From the NCBI GenBank assembly GCA_001179505.1, contig CDMY01000704.1, positions 1 to 28,837 of the forward strand: a stretch of 28,837 nt of DNA, given 5' to 3'. The notes beneath the pieces were generated by a model, which was not told where the DNA came from, made no database searches, and was given only the letters and a program-made list of their open reading frames with translations. The translations under genes and the position numbers were made by a program. Origin of the DNA: Vitrella brassicaformis CCMP3155. Lineage: Eukaryota; Protista; Chromerida. How positions within the stretch are numbered: position 1 is the first letter of the stretch; each line of letters begins with the position of its first letter. Of this stretch, positions 8,801-17,552 are shown in pieces.

Positions 8801-10503
8801 TCTTCCTCGATCACTTCAGCTACCCCCTCAATCCATCCCCGTCTCCTGGGCTGCCATTCCTCGGGGGCAGCGAGTCGGGTGGGGGCGAGACGTCGACATG
8901 GACGTCCATGACTGACACAGGGGGTGCTGCTGGGGCGGATGGAGACACCACTCAGCAGCAGCAGCAGCAGCAACAAGTGCAGCAGCCCCCATCGCAACAC
9001 GTGCAGCTAGAGATAGCGGAGCGACCTCAACGAGACAAGAGGCCTCCGGCACGTGCAGAGGAGGAGAGATATCAGTGGCATCGCCCCATCCCCCCTCTGG
9101 ACCCGACGTGTCGCTCTGGGCAGCAGGAGAGCCACCCTGCTACTGGTGTACAGCGGGAGCATGCGTCAGGAGGGGTGCAGCCGGACGGCGAGAGCCGGGC
9201 TGCTGTTGATAATGTTGTCGTCGAGGCGGGCGAGAGCCCAGCCGCTGAGCCCGTGTCTCAGCAGGAGCGTCCTGAGGGCGAGGGCGCCGTGATAGCCGTA
9301 CCCGTAGAGGAGGAGGAGCCCAGCGACGGAGCCCAATTGCCGTCAGCGCAGTCCTTCGGGAGCCCTCCCACCCAGCCGTCTAAGGCGGCGGCAATTCCCC
9401 CCATACCACCCCCAGCACATCAGCCCAGTGACGCCCCCCTCCACCACAGCAACATGCACTGCGCTGGTGGCGATGCGCAGCCGGCCGACCACAGGAGCGA
9501 GGCATACGAGTCACAGCTGAGGGGGCAAGCCGAGAAGGAGAGGAATGCGGCCGACCAAGCCAAGAGGAGCTTGGGTGAGGAGGGGATGGAGGCGGCCTTC
9601 GTGGTCGACTGTTTGGTGGGGGAGGGGACCATGGTGACCTCCCAGAACCCCACTGCTGACGTCATATTTGCGGCAACACTTGAGGGCTACATCAACGGCA
9701 CCAACGGCACACTACACGACCACCAGACGCACGCCCTCTGGGCGTACAAGGGCGATGTGGGTGTGACCAACGACGACTCGACCAAGTCATCCGTCGAATG
9801 CCTCATCCATCCGTCTGGAGCAGCTGGGGGGGCAGAAGAGACCTTCCTGGTCAACTGCATGAAGGTGGGTGGGGGCCTGTACTGCACAGCGCCTCCCGAC
9901 AACCCCTCGGCTGCCGTTATCTTTGAGGCGACACCTGCGACTTGGGATGACACCAGAAGCACCCCCATCGGCCGACTACGACACGACTTTTGTGCACATG
10001 ACGGCGATGGGGTGGCTGAGTGCCTGAATGACCTGCCGGCCCGCTCGACAATCAAGGCGGCCACTGCCCCACTGACATCACACTCATCAGCAGCATCCCC
10101 TGCTGCAACTACCCCTGCATCCCATTTCGGGACGACCCTACGGCCGCCCGACATCCCCCTGCCGCGCGGCGGGGACATCGACAGAGTCGAGAAGGGGATG
10201 AGTGCGGTAGGGGCGGTGGGTGGCTACTTGACCGACGGCAGCTCGCCATCGAAGGCCCACTCAATTGCCGACGGCATGCTCTTCAGCCACTTCGGCAACG
10301 TGTCGCGAATCGGTGACGACAGCCTCGTCATCCATCAAGCGACACACGCCCTCACTCTCGACAGCGTAACGGCACCGGTGATACGACAGATGGTGCTCGA
10401 CAGCAACGGGGCGGGGGCAGACTACGCCAAGTCCAACAAAATGGACAGCCGCTTCTTGCGGCATGAGGATGTGTGCTACCACCACGTCTGTCAGCTTGTC
10501 TAG
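5827..10503 (+). CDS. Gag-protease polyprotein with atypical C-terminal half (5' part lost in the gap or supplied by copy 1)
   Basis: Frame open for 4677 nt. CCHC knuckle CPWCGKGGHEYYEC at 7657-7698. Aspartic protease motif DGGAATH at 8080-8100, followed by copia-like VYVAPDCPTTLISERQL. RNase H-like tail VLDSNGA...RHEDVCYHHVCQLV. Confidence 0.85.
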   Translation, partial: HHRPTARADDEIARRAKEDVAAWAAGLYNAELTDIDNELVYHKERGLEVERLIQAVTLGDSHTSAVPLQQLFHYKQLIGQDVQRCRRQRYARIAAINAAQTAGRQRADPPIQGQGERLAATHSAATVSYPGDAQQHITDQPPPPPPPHTTRVLDPLWSSSAPASGRPATTAQPQSGSQAGSSVHPPAVVGAEGGQGRCAHGAAEDGGSVFVRSSDQRDRQARTSTSCADPRCPGRGTGADRGSPRSSDDDRYRSHSSRRRSRTRSPEDQKGFNPPAELKYDKDVFSRWRVWKRNMESVAIFSWRLKEVLTDEPDPSDSERLKDKREMLYGLLMTRLDRRLFNIATATVGTLAIQQMNGTAVWKALVRHMEPQADHHLQLLADQLTSLPRAPTAEIAATNIRSIENEILDAGGTLDKEETRLQRYKDTLPTHMLPHVKLIETARNQLSGMIDNNPQAELAGLRRPRPLTMEGLSTQLIRHERNENPNLDYLQPVLQLPGGTDKQGAAMVANHKSGGGQGRQAQGGGGGNRQANQPTYASGTPPRGQKWTPKGSGASQRTQQTSASASGGGNASGGGSKAPGHGNHESLPRPKASDGLVSQEEIDERTAENKCPWCGKGGHEYYECYRHRAELIKRGGRFANLPPRWSPKQTGGGKGRDGGGHAVRLAVSEEPEPAAALGNALTPLHSPGPPPSTGSDDSAYYAAAEPSVGPDLSAPHSTLFHFNEDRQQLPDVSDGESATLLLEGDGEAAAMDGGAATHIFRDKKFLIPGSERPTPGLTIKTAHEGQDLDIECEGKAIIGVTDENGFQRLMKLSPVYVAPDCPTTLISERQLHARGGGVHKVAGEADHAYLYWHVVGIDGIRQTCVVPLTCAVGGYRLMVWPWTTADDKRTDERTARDPLQSGGGHTHEGVCPSDSSGDGGDAGGANVGDHRQQQRIWTSLVYLMMTVLIMCALLSCMRIYTTDITTRWPPATQPSATIPTVRHSHHPFGPSLFLDHFSYPLNPSPSPGLPFLGGSESGGGETSTWTSMTDTGGAAGADGDTTQQQQQQQQVQQPPSQHVQLEIAERPQRDKRPPARAEEERYQWHRPIPPLDPTCRSGQQESHPATGVQREHASGGVQPDGESRAAVDNVVVEAGESPAAEPVSQQERPEGEGAVIAVPVEEEEPSDGAQLPSAQSFGSPPTQPSKAAAIPPIPPPAHQPSDAPLHHSNMHCAGGDAQPADHRSEAYESQLRGQAEKERNAADQAKRSLGEEGMEAAFVVDCLVGEGTMVTSQNPTADVIFAATLEGYINGTNGTLHDHQTHALWAYKGDVGVTNDDSTKSSVECLIHPSGAAGGAEETFLVNCMKVGGGLYCTAPPDNPSAAVIFEATPATWDDTRSTPIGRLRHDFCAHDGDGVAECLNDLPARSTIKAATAPLTSHSSAASPAATTPASHFGTTLRPPDIPLPRGGDIDRVEKGMSAVGAVGGYLTDGSSPSKAHSIADGMLFSHFGNVSRIGDDSLVIHQATHALTLDSVTAPVIRQMVLDSNGAGADYAKSNKMDSRFLRHEDVCYHHVCQLV

Positions 10504-10632
10504 GACGGGCTGCTGCGGGTGGTCCACATCGCTGGAGCCGACAACCCATCAAACATCCTCACCGAGCCAGTGGACCGCGCCGCCCTGGAGAAGCATCTCA
10601 AGATGGTGCCAGTGAAGCTGAGCAGTGAGTGA
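10504..10632 (+). pseudogene. In-frame continuation of the copia RNase H C-terminus after TAG 10501-10503
   Basis: Translates DGLLRVVHIAGADNPSNILTEPVDRAALEKHLKMVPVKLSSE*, resembling the copia consensus G...V.HI...DNPADILTK.L. Confidence 0.8.
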
Positions 10633-10912
10633 TATGAATCAGTTGGCTCTTCATGGTGTGTGAGTGCATGTGTAATGCCCTCGGTCATCCATGAAGGGCT
10701 GGTGGGTGTTGGGTTCATCGCATTGCATTGGTATGTGTGTGTATGGTATCACATGCGTGATGGGTGCACACATTCATATCCATGCATGATGGTGTTCATG
10801 ATGGTTAGCTAGGTAGCTATTCACTGCATGTGGGCGTTTCTTTTCACCCATGACGGTCAAGTGATTTTCACTTTTATGTGCGCTTGACCGACACACTCTC
10901 ATTTGCTCGCGT

Positions 10913-10931
10913 GGGTACATGGGGGTGGGGA
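10913..10931 (+). promoter_or_regulatory. Polypurine tract
   Basis: GGGTACATGGGGGTGGGGA directly abuts the TG of the 3' LTR. Confidence 0.8.
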
Positions 10932-11582
10932 TGTCGCGCTGACATGCCGCTGCCTATACATATATGTCATCATGGTTGGTCCCATTGTATCCACGCTTCG
11001 TTATGTTGGCGATTGGTGCGATGTTGGCCATGGCTCAGTGCAGTGGGCCGAGCTATTTGCTACCGGTTACACGGAGCTCGTAGCTCGCAGCCTTCGCATG
11101 ACCATGACGGACAGCTCACCATCGCCCTGGGCATCGTGCACCGTGACACAGAATGCTCTTGGTGTCTGTCCATGATGGCATGTGGTTGGGCTGCCTTTGT
11201 TCTGACGTCGTGTACATCTCATCGGCTGTGATGTGGTCATCTATGGTCGTGGATATGTTTGGGATGACAGAGACACACAGATCACCCACTGGTGGTCTAC
11301 GTGTACAGTGACACTGGGTTGGTTTTGGTACTGCTCACGGGGAGCACACACACCTACCTCTTGTGGGTGTCTGTGGTTCTCGGTTCAGTAGCGTGTCGGG
11401 TGTCTGACTGGCCATGCATTACACGCCTTCACCGTTTCGTGTTTGACCTTCGATGGACCGATTCCTGCTGTCTACACCGTTATCTACGACGTACAGCCAC
11501 GAACGTTGACCGTTGATCCCGACTCTCGCCACGCAACTCACGTTCGCATACGGCATTGACACCGACATACACACGGTCGACA
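10932..11582 (+). repeat. 3' LTR (651 bp)
   Basis: TGTCG...CGACA, followed by TSD ATCTC; matches the 5' LTR. Confidence 0.95.
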
Positions 11583-11635
11583 ATCTCTGCGAACTTCTAA
11601 AAAAGCAAGATCCACTGGCATAACGGAAGTAAGCA

Positions 11636-11870
11636 TCAACTGACTGAACACACGAAACGCGCCAGTTTGTGGTGGATGGGATGTTTCTCCTTTGTCCGTT
11701 CATGCAGCTTGTTGAGCTTAGCCAGCTCTTCACGCAGGCAGTCAGGCCATTCTTGCCGCAGCCACTTCTCATCAAAGTCCCGCGCGAGCCTTCGAGGGAC
11801 GTCACTCTTGACAGCGCCACATAGATGACATGAGGAATCGTTGCCCTCGTCTGAGGACATTCTCTGTCAT
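11636..11870 (-). pseudogene. C-terminal remnant of a PIF1-family (Helitron/Helentron-like) SF1B helicase
   Basis: Minus strand reads HVIYVALSRVTSLEG (motif VI YVALSRV at 11803-11823). After a frameshift it reads RDFDEKWLRQEWPDCLREELAKLNKLHERTKEK. Confidence 0.75.
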
Positions 11871-12230
11871 CCATGGTGTATGTATGTATATACGTCAGGG
11901 AATGCAAATTGGGAGGTCCCTCGTCGGCTGCCCCGGCGGTGTTACCCCGGGGTCTTGTCCGTGGGTGGACAACGCTATGGAATAGCGCTTACTCGATGCT
12001 GATTGACCAATCGATAAGAGACACAATTAAGAATAAATGACAACAAGCACACAAGTCAAGTCGACCTGATGTCACGACGAGTCAAAGGAGGCAACGAGTC
12101 ACAATGGCACTGGCTACGCACACACACACAAGTCGAACGTACAAATGCACACGTCTCAAGACTAGTCAGTGTCCGTCCTGTCAGTCCTATCCCTCTACCC
12201 GCTTTCCTGTCTTTGTCGGCCACGCGCAGA

Positions 12231-12828
12231 GACGCCAATCAGCAGAGGAAGCACGAGGCACCAGGGGCTGGTGCGATGGAGCTGTTGATCAAACATACCC
12301 GCCGAGCTGCGGGGGATGACGTCTCGACCATGAGATCTTGTCGGGGAAAGGTTGGGTGCGTGAGACAGCCCTCGCGTGGGGTCTTCGGTCTCTTCTGGCC
12401 GGCTGGGATGATCACGATGGGGTGAAGCGTTGAATGGAGGGACACGGAGACACCGCTCCGTGCAGTGGCCTTGCTGACGACGGCTGAGAGCACAAGTACC
12501 TCTGGGGGAGGACGGAAGGCTCAGATGCTTGAAATCGACGAAGACAAAAGATGGATGTCGATGGGTCGGAAAATGGGTGACCAGATGAAGCAAATGAGGC
12601 AGGAATGGGCCCTTTCGATGAGGAAATCCTCATTCGATGAGGATTTCCTCATCCGGGTGAGGAAATCCTCACTCACAATAGTTTCACGATGCGAGCTTGG
12701 CAACCGGACCTAAAGCACCACGCCCTTTATCCTTTGCTCTGAGAAAAGGACGCATCGCTCTGCTTTCTCCTTTCAGAACTGTGAAACACGAGGGCTACGG
12801 AATCCTCCCTCCCCTTTTCCAGCGAAGA
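12231..12828 (+). repeat. 598-bp segment duplicated at 13960-14557
   Basis: Apparently identical at offset 1729. The second copy starts at the edge of an N gap. Confidence 0.92.
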
Positions 12829-13144
12829 GAGGCAGCGATACCATGCCATGCCATATCCCATGCATGGGCGCGGTGCGGTGCAAGCCTGCCTACGTGTGTG
12901 TCCATGTGAATCTATCTATCTATCTATCTGTCTGTCCATGGAATCGGTCCCACCCGTGGCTGGCGCCATTCGCCGGCACAGCACAGTCTAGTGGGGTGGG
13001 GTGGGGCGGGTGGTGCATTGAACCATAACACATTTCTGTCGTACCGATTGCCGTCAGTCCTAGGGTGCTCCCATAAACCGCTGTTGCTCGAGGGAAGCCC
13101 CCCTAGTCCCCCCTGCGCTCTTTGCGTCCGCTCGCCCTCCAGCC

Positions 13145-13659
13145 ATGCTCCCACTGCTGCTGCTCTCTTTGTTTCTCGTCGCGCAGCCGCCTGCAATTCG
13201 CGGCCAGCCAGCGGAGGTGACGGTCAAGTATGCGATTCTCGTCTACGCATTCTGGGCTCCATGGCCCGCGACGGTCATCGTCCCACCCTTCGACTACTAT
13301 TCTGAGCGCCTCAACAGCGGCCACTGGAATGGCAAACGGCTCACGGGGGGGAACACGACGATTCGCCTCGAAGGAGACATGATTGAATATAATCGCACTA
13401 CCGGCTGGACCGCGGAGCAGATGGATGCCCTGACCGACGACACCTACGTCGCGCTGATAAGCTATGGACTCGCATACGATGCTATACTCCCTCTTGCGCA
13501 GCACAAGAACCTCCTGCATGCCGTGGGTTGGTCGCTCGACGCCGTCTCAGCGGATTCATTCGTGTTTGACAAATATCCCTTATCTCCTGAAGCCGGTCAG
13601 GGCATCCTCTCGCCCTTCAAGACACGCGGCTACACCAAGTGTGCAGTGATAAGCTCAGT
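13145..13659 (+). CDS. 5' fragment of a secreted or membrane protein (signal peptide; possibly a type I periplasmic-binding-like extracellular domain)
   Basis: MLPLLLLSLFLVAQPPAIRG signal-peptide-like start. Frame is open for ~171 codons of globular composition until the gap. Domain guess is by impression only. Confidence 0.6.
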
Positions 13660-13959
13660 NNNNNNNNNNNNNNNNNNNNNNNNNNNNNNNNNNNNNNNNN
13701 NNNNNNNNNNNNNNNNNNNNNNNNNNNNNNNNNNNNNNNNNNNNNNNNNNNNNNNNNNNNNNNNNNNNNNNNNNNNNNNNNNNNNNNNNNNNNNNNNNNN
13801 NNNNNNNNNNNNNNNNNNNNNNNNNNNNNNNNNNNNNNNNNNNNNNNNNNNNNNNNNNNNNNNNNNNNNNNNNNNNNNNNNNNNNNNNNNNNNNNNNNNN
13901 NNNNNNNNNNNNNNNNNNNNNNNNNNNNNNNNNNNNNNNNNNNNNNNNNNNNNNNNNNN

Positions 13960-14557
13960 GACGCCAATCAGCAGAGGAAGCACGAGGCACCAGGGGCTGG
14001 TGCGATGGAGCTGTTGATCAAACATACCCGCCGAGCTGCGGGGGATGACGTCTCGACCATGAGATCTTGTCGGGGAAAGGTTGGGTGCGTGAGACAGCCC
14101 TCGCGTGGGGTCTTCGGTCTCTTCTGGCCGGCTGGGATGATCACGATGGGGTGAAGCGTTGAATGGAGGGACACGGAGACACCGCTCCGTGCAGTGGCCT
14201 TGCTGACGACGGCTGAGAGCACAAGTACCTCTGGGGGAGGACGGAAGGCTCAGATGCTTGAAATCGACGAAGACAAAAGATGGATGTCGATGGGTCGGAA
14301 AATGGGTGACCAGATGAAGCAAATGAGGCAGGAATGGGCCCTTTCGATGAGGAAATCCTCATTCGATGAGGATTTCCTCATCCGGGTGAGGAAATCCTCA
14401 CTCACAATAGTTTCACGATGCGAGCTTGGCAACCGGACCTAAAGCACCACGCCCTTTATCCTTTGCTCTGAGAAAAGGACGCATCGCTCTGCTTTCTCCT
14501 TTCAGAACTGTGAAACACGAGGGCTACGGAATCCTCCCTCCCCTTTTCCAGCGAAGA
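13960..14557 (+). repeat. Second copy of 12231-12828
   Basis: Identical sequence, followed by the 61-bp LTR-like terminus 14558-14618 that the first copy lacks. Confidence 0.92.
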
Positions 14558-14683
14558 TTTACTCATTGCAGAGCAGCGTTAATGAATTCCATGGCCTCAT
14601 TTCAGGCCCCCTGCAATAGCGGGGCACCCGACGAGATGGGTGGTGGGTGTTTCTCTACATGGTGGCCGGCTATATTGACCATG

Positions 14684-15067
14684 TATGGCTGATGTGAGAC
14701 ATCCATGGCCGGCCACCTCGTGGCCAGTCAGGCCAGGATCACGGCCGTCTCCCAAGCGAAGCAACCGAGAGGGGTTGTCTGCAGTGATGCAGTGATTCAC
14801 TGAATGAATGAATGAATGGAATCAATTCATTGATTCACTGACAAGCAAGCACACACTTATGTGACTCGACTGACGCCCTGTCATTGCGGAATGGCGAAGT
14901 GTCTTCTGCTCGCGTCATGCGCGTCGTTTGTGAGTTTCGCACAAGCACTTCACTGCAAATGCGTCACATTCGGATCATTCGGGCCTGTAAGGGCTCAAGG
15001 CTTGCCTAACGCTGGCAAGAAGTCTGTTTTGTCATGAGAAAAAGTCCATTTCACGTGATAACGAATT
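14684..15067 (+). repeat. Left arm of a long inverted repeat (repeat X); partner 17553-17925
   Basis: Reverse-complement match from TATGGCTGATGTGAGAC to CACGTGATAACGAATT, with a few indels. Confidence 0.92.
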
Positions 15068-15068
15068 C

Positions 15069-15220
15069 ATTGTTGCATGCGTCGGTGTGCTTCTCGCAAA
15101 CACTCGTGCTGTGCACGTCTCTGTGACGCATAATTGAACCACCGCTTCGCACGCTGCTTTCCACCCCCGCCCAATTCGCGGCCCGGGGTGCCCACGCAGT
15201 GGGTGCCCCTTACTCGGAAT
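15069..15220 (+). repeat. ~150-bp direct repeat 1 with GC-rich hairpin; partner 16678-16828
   Basis: ATTGTTGCATGCGTCGG...CCCTTAC(T/C)CGGAAT in both copies. Hairpin GGGGTGCCCAC-GCA-GTGGGTGCCCC at 15185-15209. Confidence 0.9.
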
Positions 15221-15539
15221 CTTTAAGAAACAACACGTGCGGCAGACAAAACGTTCGATCACGATCGTATGGAAGAAAAAAGGAAAATCGGTAGCGGTGG
15301 TGTGTTGCTTGCACTACTACAGACACGCCAATATGTCGAACAGCTTCGTGTTCTTTGTCACGTTTGGATCAGTGACCGTTAAACGGATATGCCCTAAAGC
15401 GGCAAGTTATTGGAAAGAGCTTGTCAAGAACGTCTAGGGTGCTACCTGAAACCGCTGATGCTTGAAAATGACCGCGCTTGCTTCTCTGGGAGCGAACTTC
15501 TGAAAAAAGCAAGATCCGTAACGGAAGATGCGTCAACTG

Positions 15540-16155
15540 ACTGAACACACGAACGCGCTAGTTTGTGGTGGATGGGATGTTTCTCCTTTGTTCCGGTCAT
15601 GCAGCTGGTTAAGCTTGGTTTTTCTTGGGTGCCTTTTCGCAGGTCCCTCAGTGCGCATCAACTTTGTCGAGCTTCTGGCGCTTAACGAAAGAGATCTCGC
15701 CGACTATCGTGCAGTGGACTTGGTAGTGGATATGTTTGCAAGACTCCTCTCTGCAAATGCGGTCACCATCGACTGTCTGCTGCTTCCCGCTTGGCGCCGC
15801 AGCCTCTTCTCGCCACTCTCGAAGTCATCGAAGACGTGCAGGAGCGAATCGATGCTGTCGAGCCTTCGGTGTTATCTGCAACCACACCGGTAAGTCCCGC
15901 CAGACACAGCCAGTGTCGGCATTACAGTTCAGCAAAGTAGGCCTTCACGGCTTTGATGACGTGTGTTTTGCCGGTGCCGCCCTCGCCGGTCAGGCACATG
16001 CGCAATGGCGCGACGTATTTGCTGTCCCGCAGGTTTTTGTAGTGGTTCAGCAAGTGGCTGTAGATGATTTGGAAACCCCGCATCTGCTCTTCGTTCAATT
16101 GGTAACGGCTCGCCCAGTCAACAGAGAAGGTCCTGTCGTCGACTTTCTCAGGCGG
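15540..16155 (-). pseudogene. Internally deleted PIF1-family helicase pseudogene
   Basis: Minus strand 16155-15925 reads ...YQLNEEQMRGFQIIY...PLRMCLTGEGGTGKTHVIKAV (Walker A at 15964-15987). After a stop comes LAGLTGVVADNTEGST (motif Ia-like), then TIVGEISFV...LDKVDAH (degenerate Walker B, ~15684-15710). It then jumps to the same C-terminal tail as 11636-11720. Confidence 0.8.
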
Positions 16156-16677
16156 CTAGAATGCGGACGCCGGCTGCGCCAGCAATCGAGTGAGGCTGGC
16201 AGCATCCATCGAGTGACCACCGTGTGTGAAGAGATTCGACTCGAAGAGAAGCTACTCGGGGGGCTTGCTTCATCTGACGTGGCGCGCTGTGGCCGACTTC
16301 ATTTACCTTGTTGCGTTGCTGGTGCAGGGCATCGTTGGGCTGATCCTGGCGGCTCACATTTGATTGACAAGCCGATTGACAGTCATCGAAGGCAGTCTTC
16401 GATAGCCCCTTAACAGGCGCGCTAGATTGATACATGTCTATTGATATCATCGCTGGATATCGATAGGTTCACATTCAATTGTATCCAGCGATGCATTGAT
16501 ATACTTGGCGACGCACGTCTTCAACAAGGGCACAGCAGGAGCGGCAACATGGGGGGTGTCTTGTGTTCTTACTGCAGCCCTCTGAGTACCTGCGTGTTAT
16601 CGCCACGTCTGTCTTCGGGATCTGCATGTTTTTCAAGCTCCCGCCATTGTTGTCTGCATGTTTTTGACACTCTCGCT

Positions 16678-16828
16678 ATTGTTGCATGCGTCGGTGTGCT
16701 TCTCGCCAACACTCGTGCTGTGCACGTCTCTGTGACGCAAAATCGACCGCCACTTCGCACGCTGCTTTCAACCCCCGCCCAATTCGCGGCCCGGGGTGCC
16801 CACGCAGTGGGTGCCCCTTACCCGGAAT
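16678..16828 (+). repeat. ~150-bp direct repeat 2
   Basis: Matches 15069-15220; hairpin at 16793-16817. Confidence 0.9.
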
Positions 16829-16861
16829 AATGTTCAACGCCTGTTCGAGATAATGTGTGCA

Positions 16862-17551
16862 TGACAGCTCAGATCAGTTTAACGAAGTGTGCTCTAAGCT
16901 GAAAGCTGACCTGGTGGTTATCAGCTCGCCAAATTTTTTTCTTTGCGGCCACGACAACCCAACTTTTTTTCTAGGGGGTCTTTTCAAGATCTGCTTTGTG
17001 ATGGTTGTGGAGGGGGTTACTGCGAGGAACGAGTTTGCTTCGAGCTTCAAATCCGCTCACGCGTTCGCGCGAAAAACGGCGGCAAAAACCCGGAAAATCG
17101 GTTTCTGGCTGTTCGGGTTTCTGGTGCGTTTGACGCGCAAGTTTGTGTGTGAGTGCTCCTCTTGTGCTCTGTCCTTACGCAAGCGGTCATCGCTCTGCGC
17201 TCCGTCAAACACGAGAACCAGCCACCGAATGTTGACATTGCCGTCAACAATTGGATCTATGTACCCCGTACACGGCTAGCCGTCAACCCAAATCAGCACA
17301 ATTGTGTCAATGCATGATACATTCCGCCATGCTGTGTTCACACGCAAGCGCTTATGGCTTTTCGTTGCGTCAAAAAGAACTAGCCACTGAAAGTTCACAC
17401 AGTCATCAACCCAAGCGAAACAGAATACATCGTCCACGGCCTGCAAGCGGCCGTCGACGCAAGCGGCCGTCGCTTCTCGCCCCGAAACGAGACTATAGGC
17501 ACTGAAAACTTGCTCACCGCTAACTCAACCGCAATCTCCTCGCACACGCTT
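16862..17551 (+). repeat. Dispersed repeat Y, copy 1
   Basis: Colinear, moderately diverged match to ~21321-21984 (GACAGCTCAGATCAGTTT...CAACCGCAATCTCC...CACACGCTT). Confidence 0.85.
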
Positions 17552-17552
17552 T

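Larger units (their letters stand above)
1901..11582 (+). mobile_element. Ty1/copia-type LTR retrotransposon, probably non-autonomous (no recognisable IN or RT)
   Basis: Paired LTRs with TGTCG...CGACA termini. 5-bp TSD ATCTC at 1896-1900 and 11583-11587. PPT before the 3' LTR. Copia-type Gag, CCHC knuckle, D-G-G-A-x-x-H protease and a terminal copia RNase H-like motif. Confidence 0.93.
2133..13959. other. Four scaffold gaps of exactly 300 N (2133-2432, 4322-4621, 5527-5826, 13660-13959)
   Basis: Gap size is nominal: gap 4322-4621 corresponds to only 159 bp (6612-6770) in the duplicated Gag. Confidence 0.95.
11940..14618. mobile_element. LTR-like insertion with 4-bp TSD GCGG; contains a duplicated LTR segment and a gene fragment
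   Basis: Termini TGTTA...CTGCAATA. GCGG at 11936-11939 and 14619-14622. The flanks rejoin into one hairpin repeat. Shares 5' (ATAGCNCTTACTCGATGCT) and 3' (CTCCC.TTT.C.AGCGAAG; CCCTGCAA) blocks with 20425-21176. Confidence 0.7.

Noticed and set aside
9300-10400. Reverse transcriptase domain
   Set aside because: No KARLVA, LYGLKQ or Y(V/A)DD-like motif found. Fragments such as LWAYKG and DVIFAATLEG are too weak to call.
2981-10718. Numerous antisense and alternate-frame ORFs over the retroelement
   Set aside because: Expected shadows of a GC-rich coding strand, with no recognisable motifs.
15736-16413. 225-aa plus-strand ORF as a gene
   Set aside because: It is antisense to the helicase remnant, which carries the recognisable motifs.
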